A stretch of DNA of 64,000 nt, taken from a virus. The stretch is from the IMG/VR virus record IMGVR_UViG_3300014208_001418; one strand, given 5' to 3'. The notes under the pieces are model-generated. The model was not told the origin of the DNA, did not search any database, and was given only the letters and a program-made list of their open reading frames with translations. Below, one piece after another: positions 10,115-20,574 of this stretch (position 1 is the stretch's first letter; each line of letters begins with the position of its first letter). Both the position numbers and the translations under genes were made by a program.

Positions 10115-10816
10115 ATGAAAACACTATCAATACTTTTAATTCTATCTCTTATAACATCATCGATCCCAAATGCACTTGCATCTCCTATCCCACTAGAAGA
10201 TTCACAATCTTCCCCTATAGAATCTTTCGTCCAATCAATATCAACCACTATCCAATCTATGCAAACCAATTTCAATTACAATGTCAATCGAATCTTAGTT
10301 TCTCTCTCCCTCTCCTCTCCCTCTCCTGCTTCAATATCCCCCCAATCTCCCGAATCCTCATCCCCCAATTCCCTTTCCTCTTCCCCATCTTCACCCCCTT
10401 CCTCCTCATCTTCAGTATCTTCCTCTGAAAAATCTCGAAAATCAGGAGGTGGAGGGGGTGGAGGATCCAATACAAACTCCAATACAAATATCGATTCTCA
10501 TAATCCGTCTCTCTATCCTGAGATAAAAGAATTTCAAATTCTCCTTGACAACAACAAAGTCTTACTCTCTCAAAAAATGAATTCCTCCAACGTCACAGCT
10601 TTCACGATAAACATCTATTCTTCCCCTTCTAACAAATCCCATCTCATATCCTCCTTCACATTCGTAAAAGACATAGGAGTTCTCTCCATCTATACTGAAC
10701 CAGTATCCTACACTATAAACACCACTCCCCAAAAACTCAAACTCGCCCTTCCAGAAATCTCAGCTACTCTTCCAATTCTCCTCGCCCTGGACGACATCAG
10801 CAACTACTTTACTTAA
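10115..10816 (+). CDS. Secreted Ser/Pro-rich protein with poly-Gly linker
   Basis: Signal peptide, Ser-rich tract, SGGGGGGGS. Confidence 0.6.
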   Translation: MKTLSILLILSLITSSIPNALASPIPLEDSQSSPIESFVQSISTTIQSMQTNFNYNVNRILVSLSLSSPSPASISPQSPESSSPNSLSSSPSSPPSSSSSVSSSEKSRKSGGGGGGGSNTNSNTNIDSHNPSLYPEIKEFQILLDNNKVLLSQKMNSSNVTAFTINIYSSPSNKSHLISSFTFVKDIGVLSIYTEPVSYTINTTPQKLKLALPEISATLPILLALDDISNYFT

Positions 10817-10841
10817 CCTCAATATACAAACCATTGTTCAA

Positions 10842-11072
10842 ATGAATACGTTCACATCAAACGAAAAGCGAATTATCAATCTCCTTTACGTATCCCGTAG
10901 ACCATTAACAACGAAACAAATATCAGAAAAACTCTCTATTTCATGGCAAACTGCAAAAGACACTCTCTTCTCATTACAAGACAAAAACTATTTAAACATA
11001 GACAAAAAAGTCAACAGAACTTATTGGTGGTTAAAAACAACAGATGAACAAAAATCATCACTAAAAACCTAA
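10842..11072 (+). CDS. Winged-helix transcriptional regulator
   Basis: LTTKQISEKLSISWQTAKDTLFSL HTH plus wing. Confidence 0.75.
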   Translation: MNTFTSNEKRIINLLYVSRRPLTTKQISEKLSISWQTAKDTLFSLQDKNYLNIDKKVNRTYWWLKTTDEQKSSLKT

Positions 11073-11082
11073 CAGCACAACG

Positions 11083-11115
11083 TTTTTATACTATCACATC
11101 TTAGTAGTAGTAGCA
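11083..11115 (+). promoter_or_regulatory. TATA + AGTAGTAGTAGCA promoter
   Basis: TTTTTATACT 11083-11092, exact 13-mer 11103-11115. Confidence 0.8.
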
Positions 11116-11156
11116 ATACTTACAAAAACAAAATTCTATAAATAAAAGGAGTCAAT

Positions 11157-11813
11157 ATGCAATCTCTCACAAACAAGTACGAATCTCAACAAATAATCTA
11201 TCCACAATCCTTTATAGACCATTGCAAACGCTTATACCCTGACTGGATTAATCTCTACAAAGCAATCGAAGAAGGTTCTCCTATCGTAGTCAGCTATCTG
11301 GATGATGCAAGCGTAACTCCTATCTCTCCTGAAGAACTTCTCTCTTGCACCACTCTTGAAGAAGTTCATGCAAAAGCCAATCTCCTCCTAGAGAAAATCA
11401 AACTCTATGAGCAATCCCAACTCATCGTTACATCAGAGCGACAACACTTCTCCTCTCCTCATCTCGCACAGGAACACATATCATTCTAAATTATGAACAA
11501 CAAACTTCAAGCAAAGCGAAAAAGAGTTTCCTCTTTTAAAATAATTTATCCTCCTGATTTCATTAAATCCTGCAAAAAACTCTACCCCCATTGGAAAAAT
11601 CTTCACACCGCAATAGCAAAAGGTTCTCCCGCAGTAGAACACCTCTTCAGCGATGTTGTATCATCAGGATTCTTAACTCCTGAAGAAGCTATCGAAATTC
11701 CTACTATCGAAGAAATCCACGACCGAGCTAAAATCTATATGGAAACTCGTAGACTATTCACAGAATCAGCATATATAATCTCCAAACAAATGGAGGAAGA
11801 GTCTAAACTATGA
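11157..11813 (+). CDS. Two tandem paralogous hypothetical proteins (11157-11489, 11493-11813)
   Basis: Shared IIYP-FI-CK-LYP-W-NL-AI-GSP and EE(V/I)H-(K/R)A. Confidence 0.75.
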
Positions 11814-12501
11814 AAAGAGGAAGAAAACCCAATCCAAAACCTATTCATACTCCTACACCTATAAAGCTAATCGACCACATAAAATCCCTCAGACATCTCT
11901 CTCGCCCTTCAATTCCTCCCTCTCTTCCTATCCACACAAAACACAGAAATCAATTAACCAAACGTCAGCAAGCTCAAATCTCTCGAATTCAAAAATCATC
12001 CCACTCATCATGAAAACTAATCTAATCCTTAAAAATGTCTGCGATACATGCCTTTACCGCATAGATGAATGCCATTCTACTAGACTTTCCCTAAATCTCG
12101 ATCCTGAAGTAGAATGCACAGACTACCTCAAAGACCCCAGCACCCCAACTTCCATCCCTCTCCCCGATTACGTCCCTCCTGACGAAAAAACTCTATCTCC
12201 TGAGGAAGAATTTCTTATTTACAAAGAATGCTTTATCAACTATCTTTCATCCTTCCTAACCCAGTTTGCTAACGAAGTCACTAATAAACCCCTAACTCCC
12301 ATTCAAAAACTTCGCCTACGTGGCCTCCTTGAACTCGATTCCCATGCTCTCCTATTCGCTATTCAACACGGCATTCACCCAATAACAGGATGCAAATGGG
12401 ACATAACCAATCTCCGTTCCAAACATAAACTCAACACTCTCATCAAACGAAATAACAACATGATAACATACTTAAAAGATAATCAGGAGCATCATAGATG
12501 A
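11810..12501 (+). CDS. Two coupled hypothetical ORFs (11810-12013 basic; 12010-12501)
   Basis: ATGA overlaps. Confidence 0.55.
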
Positions 12502-13187
12502 ATTCAAATAAAAAAGTATTTTTAGAAATGTACCCTACGATACAGGGGGAAGGAGAAGACATCGGAAAACTAGCACTTCTACTAAGAACTTTCCAATGTA
12601 ATTTAAAATGTGAGTGGTGTGACACTAAGTTCTCATGGAATGAGAAACCAAAATTCTCTTCAGACGAAGCAATTGAATTCATAAAAACCAATCCTGCTTA
12701 TAATCTCATTATATTCAGTGGCGGGGAACCCCTGCTTCACCAAGACGAAATCGTCTACATCCTTAACACCCTAGAATCCCTATATCCAGACAAGTTTCCT
12801 CAATTTCGCTTCATAATCGAAACGAACTGCACTATAGCTCCTTGTATGGAACTCTACGAGATCATGCAATCTCAGGGAACATTTTCAGTCTCTCCCAAAT
12901 TTCACGCCCTCGACACTCTCATGATCAAAGCATTTGATTCTTTCCCAAATTCCTACTTCAAATTCGTAATCTCTGACCTTGAATCCGATATCAGCACCAT
13001 CCAACGCCTTTATTCCCAAAATATAATCACAAAACCCTTAACCATAGTCCAACCCAACGGAAACACACCTGATTACCTCTCTTCCTGTCGTTCCTTATGC
13101 GATTACATCATCTCCAACTCTCTAACCAATCTTCGCCCAATTCCACAATTCCACAAAATCTGCTGGCAAAATGCCCGAGGAAAATAA
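12498..13187 (+). CDS. queE: 7-carboxy-7-deazaguanine synthase (radical SAM)
   Basis: TIQGEG, CNLKCEWCDT, SGGEPLLH, IETN, SVSPK, FKFVI. Confidence 0.85.
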   Translation: MNSNKKVFLEMYPTIQGEGEDIGKLALLLRTFQCNLKCEWCDTKFSWNEKPKFSSDEAIEFIKTNPAYNLIIFSGGEPLLHQDEIVYILNTLESLYPDKFPQFRFIIETNCTIAPCMELYEIMQSQGTFSVSPKFHALDTLMIKAFDSFPNSYFKFVISDLESDISTIQRLYSQNIITKPLTIVQPNGNTPDYLSSCRSLCDYIISNSLTNLRPIPQFHKICWQNARGK

Positions 13188-13354
13188 CATGCCACCCGTC
13201 TATACTCACAATGATCCGATATCCAATGAAAAACACACCTTCATTGACTTCATTACCACACAAGAATTTCATGGAGCAGAAGGCGAAGATTCCTACACTC
13301 GCAAATGCTCAAAATGCGGATTAACAATAAACGACACTCACTAAAGGTCTCATC

Positions 13355-13570
13355 ATGTCCCACTACGAATTCTTAATCTGGAAATATGAAAGAAATAATA
13401 CTTCATTAGGTATATTTTTTTTAATAGCCTTATTTTTTTGTATTGTTTCCTTGTTAATAGAATCTATTTTTCTGCTTATACTCTCCTTTATACTCTTTAT
13501 ACTCATAATCTATGAACAAAATAAAAACTCAAAAAAAGTTTCCTATTACAAATCGCTAAGGAGCAACTAA
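13355..13570 (+). CDS. Small two-TM membrane protein
   Basis: Hydrophobic core; paralog follows. Confidence 0.6.
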   Translation: MSHYEFLIWKYERNNTSLGIFFLIALFFCIVSLLIESIFLLILSFILFILIIYEQNKNSKKVSYYKSLRSN

Positions 13571-13805
13571 ATGGCAACTAAAAACATATCCAAACTCGAT
13601 ACCTTAATTCACAAATATGAAAAGAACAGCACTATAGTAACCACTTCATTCTATGCAACCCTGATCATATTGATGATATCAGCTCTTATGAAATCACCCC
13701 ATATTAATTATCCTAACCATAATAGTATTTGCATTCATAGCAAACAACTTTCCATTGAAACCTAATCGCCTAGAATATTATCAAAACCTAAAAAACTCAA
13801 AATGA
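13571..13805 (+). pseudogene. Frameshifted paralog of the 13355 ORF
   Basis: Extra C at 13697-13700; removing it restores SPILIILTIIVFAF...LEYYQNLKNSK, matching the paralog's YYKSLRSN end. Could be a sequencing error. Confidence 0.55.
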
Positions 13806-13935
13806 ATAAAAAAGACACTCTCTTCAACCTAAAGCTCTGGCTCAAAACACAATCCGACAACACAGACTTTTCAATCTATACTTCCGATTCCATGTTCCAA
13901 ATAACAACACCAAAAGAATACGAAGGAGAATCAAC

Positions 13936-14307
13936 ATGAAAGAACTAAAATTCAGACAACCCATATACGAAAACGGCAAAATAACACGTTGGCACATATG
14001 GGAATTCAGAGACGGTCTTTATCAACTTCTAACCAATCAGCACGAATCAGACCAGTTCATATGCAAACTCGATTCCAACCTTAAAGAAATCTTTGAAAAC
14101 GATATCGTTGAACGTAAATCGGGTGAACGTTACCGAGTCGTCTATAATCCTGAATACGCACAATTCTGGCTAGAACACCTACGTCTTAACTATTATGCTG
14201 ACTTCATGGAATTAACATCCTTCAAAGAGTCTGTCACTATCATCGGAAATTCCCGTGAACACCCTAATCTACTAAAAACTAGAAATAAAACAATAGGAGG
14301 TAAATAA
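13936..14307 (+). CDS. YopX-family protein
   Basis: MKELKFRQ start; QF...DSNLKEIFENDIV...YRVVY. Confidence 0.7.
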   Translation: MKELKFRQPIYENGKITRWHIWEFRDGLYQLLTNQHESDQFICKLDSNLKEIFENDIVERKSGERYRVVYNPEYAQFWLEHLRLNYYADFMELTSFKESVTIIGNSREHPNLLKTRNKTIGGK

Positions 14308-15162
14308 TGAATTCAAGATTTGAAAATAAAGTATATGATCGTGACTTTATTTCATCTGAAAAATGGAAAAAAACAAGTGTCGAACTAAGAGAAACATATT
14401 TAGGTAATAATATTCGATTCTATATAGATACTCGCACACCGATAGATATTCCGTTTTTAATATTTATACTTAATAATTTATTAATTACACCACTATCAAA
14501 CAGAAACGATACTTCCATCATAAAGAAAACTAGTACATATATCGGAAAAAAGGAAGAGATAGAAACGGAAATAAATATATTAAACAAAATCATTTCACAG
14601 AATATCGACAAGAATTATTTATCCCACTCAAAAAAACTATCAGAGTTTAGCGAAAAAATATTAAATGAAATATTGGAAAAGTATATTCCTAATGAAAAAT
14701 AAAAGAGAACCCAAAATGACAAAAGAACTAGATATAATCATTGAAGAAGACCTTCCTCTTTTTTTAAGCAGAGACCAGTCTTTTCACGGAGTAAAATTGC
14801 ATAATTCCAAACTCGATATTAACATCAACTTATTTAACTTCAAACCTGATTCTATAGACTCACCAGATATCATATATCATCATTCCAACAATATTTTTAT
14901 ATACATGTCTAAAAATGAAACGAAACTAACAAACCTCTTGAACTCTCTTCACCCAAAAGCAGAAGTCAGAATAGATTTAGGAGAAATAATTCATCAATCT
15001 ACCCAATCTTTTTCCTCTTCCTCTAAATCTCAAGGTCTCCTAATAATCGATAGCCATTTCATAACCCCAAATCCCTCTCCTAATCTCTTTAATCTCAACA
15101 ATACCCTTAATCTTAACAATCTAAACAATCCTCTCAACATCGAAATCGTTAAAACCCCATAA
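14307..15162 (+). CDS. Two hypothetical ORFs (14307-14702 AT-rich; 14665-15162)
   Basis: Coupled ORFs. Confidence 0.55.
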
Positions 15163-15369
15163 TACTACGAACCTAATCACCATAAACACAATCGATATAA
15201 ACCTACTAAACCTTCTATGCTCTCCTCTCATAGCATATTTCTTCTCTTTATCTCATGGAATAAACACATTCATCCCAATGTTAATAATTCTCTTCATAAC
15301 AGGTCTATTTTCGCAACTCGTAGCCTTCATATCATGTAAAATCACAAACGACCTAACATAACCGTAATC

Positions 15370-15406
15370 TATATATACTATCCTCACATACTTAGTAGTA
15401 GTAGCA
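15370..15406 (+). promoter_or_regulatory. TATA + AGTAGTAGTAGCA promoter
   Basis: TATATATACT 15370-15379, exact 13-mer 15394-15406, GGTGAT RBS. Confidence 0.8.
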
Positions 15407-15437
15407 ATATAACTACAAAGCTACAAGGTGATAATAT

Positions 15438-15680
15438 ATGAACACGAAGATAAAATCAGATAACAGCGGTCTATTTATTGAAATAGAGAGCGGTGATAGA
15501 TATCATCTAGCTCAACGTCCTTACGTAGGGGCAAGAGGTTCTGTTGAAGAAGTGCGCTCAGGCAACGGAATTACTGAATTTAAAGAGGGAGATATAGTAA
15601 GATGGACTCGTCCCATCGGCACTATAGCATACCTTAGAGTCGGAAAGCAAAAAACTCCTGAGTACTACATGAAAGCATGA
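15438..15680 (+). CDS. Hypothetical protein
   Basis: Motif promoter and GGTGAT RBS. Confidence 0.65.
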   Translation: MNTKIKSDNSGLFIEIESGDRYHLAQRPYVGARGSVEEVRSGNGITEFKEGDIVRWTRPIGTIAYLRVGKQKTPEYYMKA

Positions 15681-15706
15681 GAACGATATCAAGAAGGTAC
15701 TGAGAA

Positions 15707-16273
15707 ATGAAAATATTGAGATATTTTAAAATAAAAAATATATTGAGTAGTATAAAATTCTCCAGCATAAGTAGCTTAGATGTGGTTGGAAAATCACCAT
15801 TGATCCATGGAAAAGGTAAAATAATCGCAGGTAAGAATTTATCATTAAGAAGCGTTTCAACTCCGATTGAACTATATGCAGATAAGGAAGCTAGAATAAT
15901 CATAGGTGATAATGTTCGTATCAACAATGGGGCTATTGTTAGCGCACAGAAAGAGATAGTTATTGGAAATAATACGCTAATCGCGGATCAAACAATTATA
16001 TATGATACGGATTGGCATGGGTTTGATGGAAAAAAAACAAAGATATCCCCAATCAGAATTGGGAATAATGTTTGGATAGGTACAAGATCAATAATTTTAA
16101 AGGGCGTTCAAATCGGGGATAATTCTATTATAGGTGCAGGTTCATTGATTACTAAAAATATCCCAGAAAACTCCTTATTTGCTGGCAATCCTGCAAAATT
16201 TATAAGAAATACAAATGGATATTGCAATCTCACATCAATCAGAACTCACTTTGAATCAAATAAGCTATTATAA
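15707..16273 (+). CDS. Left-handed beta-helix acyltransferase (maltose O-acetyltransferase-like)
   Basis: Hexapeptide repeats IGDNVRIN/IGNNVWIG, DTDWH, GNPAKFIR. Confidence 0.85.
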   Translation: MKILRYFKIKNILSSIKFSSISSLDVVGKSPLIHGKGKIIAGKNLSLRSVSTPIELYADKEARIIIGDNVRINNGAIVSAQKEIVIGNNTLIADQTIIYDTDWHGFDGKKTKISPIRIGNNVWIGTRSIILKGVQIGDNSIIGAGSLITKNIPENSLFAGNPAKFIRNTNGYCNLTSIRTHFESNKLL

Positions 16274-16435
16274 AATAGAATTATATAAAAATAAGCTCAA
16301 GATCATTAATAGCAGAGGCGGAAGTATAAGCCTCCATAACATCAGTTTTAAATGTGCAGACAGATGCAAAATAGTTATAATGATTACCAGCAATAGCTTT
16401 CAACTATTTTCCCTAAAAATGAACCTTCAAAAACC

Positions 16436-16472
16436 TTTATATACAATAAGCTACTATTAAGTAGTAGTAGCA
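16436..16472 (+). promoter_or_regulatory. TATA + AGTAGTAGTAGCA promoter
   Basis: TTTATATACA 16436-16445, exact 13-mer 16460-16472. Confidence 0.8.
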
Positions 16473-16502
16473 AAATACTACAAAAATCTAAAGTGATAAA
16501 AT

Positions 16503-17282
16503 ATGGCTAAACAACAAGACAAAACCCCAAGACCGCGAATAACATCATACATTCGCAATACATACGGAGAAGAAATCTTACAAGAAATTATCTCTGGCAA
16601 ACGCAAAATAACCCTGAACGACACCCAGCTCGATGCCTCAGCAAAAAACTTCCGGGACAAACGAGTAACCCCCTTCTCTCAAATCTCAATCACGCCTGAG
16701 CCCACAGCAGTAAAGCAATCCTCCAAAACTCCCTCAAAACCTGCTCCCAAATCCTCAGAAAAAAGAATCGAATCGAAAACTCTTGGTGCCACCTTCGTTA
16801 AAGAGAAAAAAGGCTTCCACATTGAACCTCTCGATGAAAAACCTGAGCAAAAAACAGTAAAAGAGTTCCCTCCGACATTCCCCAAGCTCAAAACAATCGA
16901 AGACGAACCTTCCTCCAAAGATTCCGAAGACTATACAGGAGTCGAAGAAGAGGAAAACGAAGACGAACCCGAAGAAGTAATGAAAGAAATCGAAAAGCGC
17001 GGAACATTTACAGACAAAACCTCTCAAATGTCAGGAGGACCTCTTTCAACTCAAGACGATCATACTCATGAAGACTTAGAGTTAGATCCTTCACAAAAAG
17101 CCCTCGTCAGCGATTTCCTGAGCGAAAAAGACATAGCCTCTGTCCAAAACCAAAGAGCAAACGTCTTTATCGATGGCTCCAGAACCACCCTAGATACCTC
17201 AATCGAAACAGATGACTCTTCTCCAATCAAGAACGGAAAGCCTGTAAAAATAACAGTCCTCCCCAAATTCTCAGGAGGATAA
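16503..17282 (+). CDS. Hypothetical protein, largely disordered/acidic
   Basis: 259-aa ORF, P/S/E/K-rich. Confidence 0.7.
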   Translation: MAKQQDKTPRPRITSYIRNTYGEEILQEIISGKRKITLNDTQLDASAKNFRDKRVTPFSQISITPEPTAVKQSSKTPSKPAPKSSEKRIESKTLGATFVKEKKGFHIEPLDEKPEQKTVKEFPPTFPKLKTIEDEPSSKDSEDYTGVEEEENEDEPEEVMKEIEKRGTFTDKTSQMSGGPLSTQDDHTHEDLELDPSQKALVSDFLSEKDIASVQNQRANVFIDGSRTTLDTSIETDDSSPIKNGKPVKITVLPKFSGG

Positions 17283-17330
17283 ATTTTTTTCTTTCTAACA
17301 AAACAATAACACAAAGAGATAATATATACT

Positions 17331-19717
17331 ATGTCAACTACACTCCAAGCAATAATCTTCTCTGAAACTCAGATTCCGAAAGGCTTTACAGGTTCAATCC
17401 TTAAAAATCATACAGTAATAAACCTCCTAGAATTCAAATCAATCCTCGTAATCCCTCAAATAAAAATCCCACTCCCACCTCACTTTGACTATCTCCGTCT
17501 CTCATTCAAAGCCGAAAACGGGACAAGCAGAGGAAAAAACAGATCAGGATTTGCAAAAATAGCCTGCGACTTAAACGGTCTACCCCTCAAATCCTTCTCT
17601 CCCATCATCATCGGAGATGAAGCCAACAGAGCTGGATACACAAACGTATCCTCACCCTTCGTTTACATAACAATAGACCGCCTAAAGTCTGATTATCGAA
17701 TCTGCATGTACGAAGTCTCTTTCCGTCCCCTCCTATCCATAAAAACCCTCATATCCTATAGTGGAACTATACCCTTCCCTCTCCCAATCCATCTCTCTCA
17801 ATACCAAACAGCCTTAAATGCAGGTATCTCAAAATCTCACTGTTATAAATGCAACTGTTTTCACTTCTACGAGCAAAATCATAATCCTCAGGAGGATAAC
17901 TCATGAGCGAATTAGAAGATGCTTTAGCTCTTAGCAATATAAGTAATGATCCGAATGACATGATAAAAGAAGCTTCACAATATCTTGATCAAATCGAAGA
18001 TCGAATAAAAATAGCAAGATTCAACATAAAACGTTTTCCTAAAGCATATAGAGTGATAAGATTATCCTGTCAGAATATTGTATATGAAACAGTTAGTCTA
18101 CAAGACGTAATTAAAAGAATCGAGGAGATTGATTAAAATGGAAAACATTGAGTTCAATTACTGGATTACAATGCAACAAGTAGCAGATACACTCCTCGAA
18201 GCAGCGCAAGAAGAACGAAAGTATTGGCAAGCAAAGAACACAGAGGCTGAAAAATGAACATTCAATACTCCATAACTGAACGTTCCGCTTTCATAATCGA
18301 TAAAGATTCTCGTTCCTCCATTACTATACTCTCCTCCGATCCTGCCTACACCCTATCCAAATATTTTGTTCAGCATAATCGCATACATGACCTAGCCTTC
18401 TTCGTCTCTACAGGTTATCGACTCACCCTAAAAGACCTCCAGATCGAGTCTACGCAAACTCATTGCTTTAATATCCATACACCCACCTCCTCCTACAGCA
18501 CCTTCCCAAGCCAATACGAACTCATGCTAAATAAAATCCTCTCCTACGTAATCGATAACGTCCTATCCCTAGACGCAATCTTCAATAGAATCCGCTCTGA
18601 AACCATAAACGAAAACAAATTCCTCTTCCTCCAGAACAAAATCGAATTCACTGAAGAAGGCCTTATTGCACACGGAAAATTTCACGACTATTCTATAAAC
18701 TTCGATAAAAACAGCGTTCACTGTGATGAAAAATTCGTCTGCATCAGCGTCTACCATAACTACCGTAACCCCTCTCTCACCGAAAAAGAACAAATAATCC
18801 TCACTAAAACCTTAGCCTGCCTCAATGACGATATCTTTTTCCCAACCGATTCCGTTCTCTCAGAATTCGTCCCGCAAGAGGCTCAACATGCATCTTAATC
18901 CTTCGATCATCAAGCAAATAAACGACCTAAAAGCTCAAGCCACCTCTCGAAATCTCATCCATAAATGTGAAGCTATCGCACAGAGACTAGGAAAGTCAGT
19001 CCCAAAAAAGCACGGTGACACAATAATCTATGACCTTCCTGACTTGAATCTCGCTATAACATACGACACCTACGTACTAAATATGCGTGTAGTCTTCAAT
19101 AAAACAGATGTATTTAAAGTTCATTCAGGAGAAATCGTAACCTATCGCCCAGATATCAATAGCTGGGAAAACTACATCGATACCCTATATATCGAACTAA
19201 TATCTCCCATCGAAGCTAAAGAAATCCTCACACAACAGAAATCGCTTGAACTATCTATAAAAGAACATTGGGGAATATCAACTCCCGCTTAGAGGTATAA
19301 ATATGCAAGAAATCATAGGCATGACAAAACCCTATAAAATAGAGTTCGGTGCTAAAGCCTTCCAGAATCGAGAAACAATCGAGAAAAACATCATGCGCTT
19401 AACTCTTACTATTGGAATAAGAAAAGAAGCAATTAAATCCTATCTTTCATCTATCCACAATGAAGAAAAATGGATTAGCGCCACTGAAGACGCAATAATC
19501 GAATGCTAGAAAAAGCTAGAGGAACTAAAATAAAATGTCTATAACAGACGAAGACAAAAAAGAACTCCTTTACCAATTAGATTTTTTCTTGTCAAAATTC
19601 AAAAACAAAGAGATACATACACAATATTGGAATAGGGATGAATTTATCATAAAATTAAACCCAAAAGAAATACCCGAAGAGGAAGCTAAATTTATGATCA
19701 GTAAGCTTAATAAATAA
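17331..19717 (+). CDS. Run of hypothetical ORFs (17331-17906, 17903-18136, 18254-18898, 18825-19292, 19303-19509, 19535-19717)
   Basis: Co-oriented, closely spaced, RBS-like GGAG/GAGG before several. Confidence 0.6.
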
Positions 19718-20290
19718 ATGCATGTAAATCTTAACTATATCGAAGACATATCCACAGTAGATTACCATAACAAATCCTCCTGCGTAGTCTTCTTTAACGA
19801 ATGCCCCTTCAAATGTCCTACCTGCCACAACAAAATCACATGGAATAACATCAACCTTATCGACACATCAATCATAAAAACCCGAATCCGTTCTTGTCTT
19901 CCTTTCATCTCCGCCGTTGTTTTTTCGGGTGGTGAGCCCACAAAGCAAATCGGTCCCCTTCTCGAACTCTGTCAATTCTCAAAATCCCTTTCCCTATCCG
20001 TCGCTATCGAATCAAACGGTTTTTACCCCGAAAATCTTAACCGTCTCAAACCTTTCGTAGACATCTTCTACATCGATGTCAAAGCACCCATAAACTCCCC
20101 TAGCGCCTACTTCAACGCAACTAAGAACAAACATGCCTATTCTCGCATTAATTACACTCTCTCTCTTAATCTCCCCATAAAGATCCGCATTGTAGATATC
20201 AACAAATCCCTCACTACTCAAATCATTGACAGTCTCCCCAAAAAATTCGAAATCACTACCTTACCCTATATAATCCCCCCTAAACCATAA
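19718..20290 (+). CDS. nrdG: Anaerobic ribonucleotide reductase activating protein-like radical SAM enzyme
   Basis: STVDY...CVVFF-CPFKCPTCHN, VVFSGGEPT, IESNG, YIDVKAP. Confidence 0.7.
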   Translation: MHVNLNYIEDISTVDYHNKSSCVVFFNECPFKCPTCHNKITWNNINLIDTSIIKTRIRSCLPFISAVVFSGGEPTKQIGPLLELCQFSKSLSLSVAIESNGFYPENLNRLKPFVDIFYIDVKAPINSPSAYFNATKNKHAYSRINYTLSLNLPIKIRIVDINKSLTTQIIDSLPKKFEITTLPYIIPPKP

Positions 20291-20292
20291 CA

Positions 20293-20335
20293 TTTATATA
20301 CTATCATTGTGTATGTAGTAGTAGCAGTAGTAGCA
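20293..20335 (+). promoter_or_regulatory. TATA + doubled AGT-motif promoter
   Basis: TTTATATACT then GTAGTAGTAGCAGTAGTAGCA. Confidence 0.8.
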
Positions 20336-20368
20336 ATTCATTAATGCTATATTACAAGGTGATAAGAT

Positions 20369-20554
20369 ATGACAACAAACGCAAAAAAGAAATCAAGACA
20401 AAAAAATAACAGAATCAGAACAAGATTAATTCACAAGCAAAGACGCCTATTCCCACTTAAAACAGGCGTACACGAATTAACAGCACAAGAAATAAATAAG
20501 CGCCCTTACAAACAACTTACATATATAATTCCCACTCCCGCTAACTTCTTATAA
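20369..20554 (+). CDS. Small basic hypothetical protein
   Basis: GGTGAT RBS, motif promoter. Confidence 0.55.
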   Translation: MTTNAKKKSRQKNNRIRTRLIHKQRRLFPLKTGVHELTAQEINKRPYKQLTYIIPTPANFL

Positions 20555-20574
20555 ACTCAAAGGAGATAACACAA

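Noticed and set aside
18254-18898. rIIB homolog
   Set aside because: Only a faint FLFLQN...TEEGLIAH resemblance; the conserved CS-GLH C-terminal motif is absent
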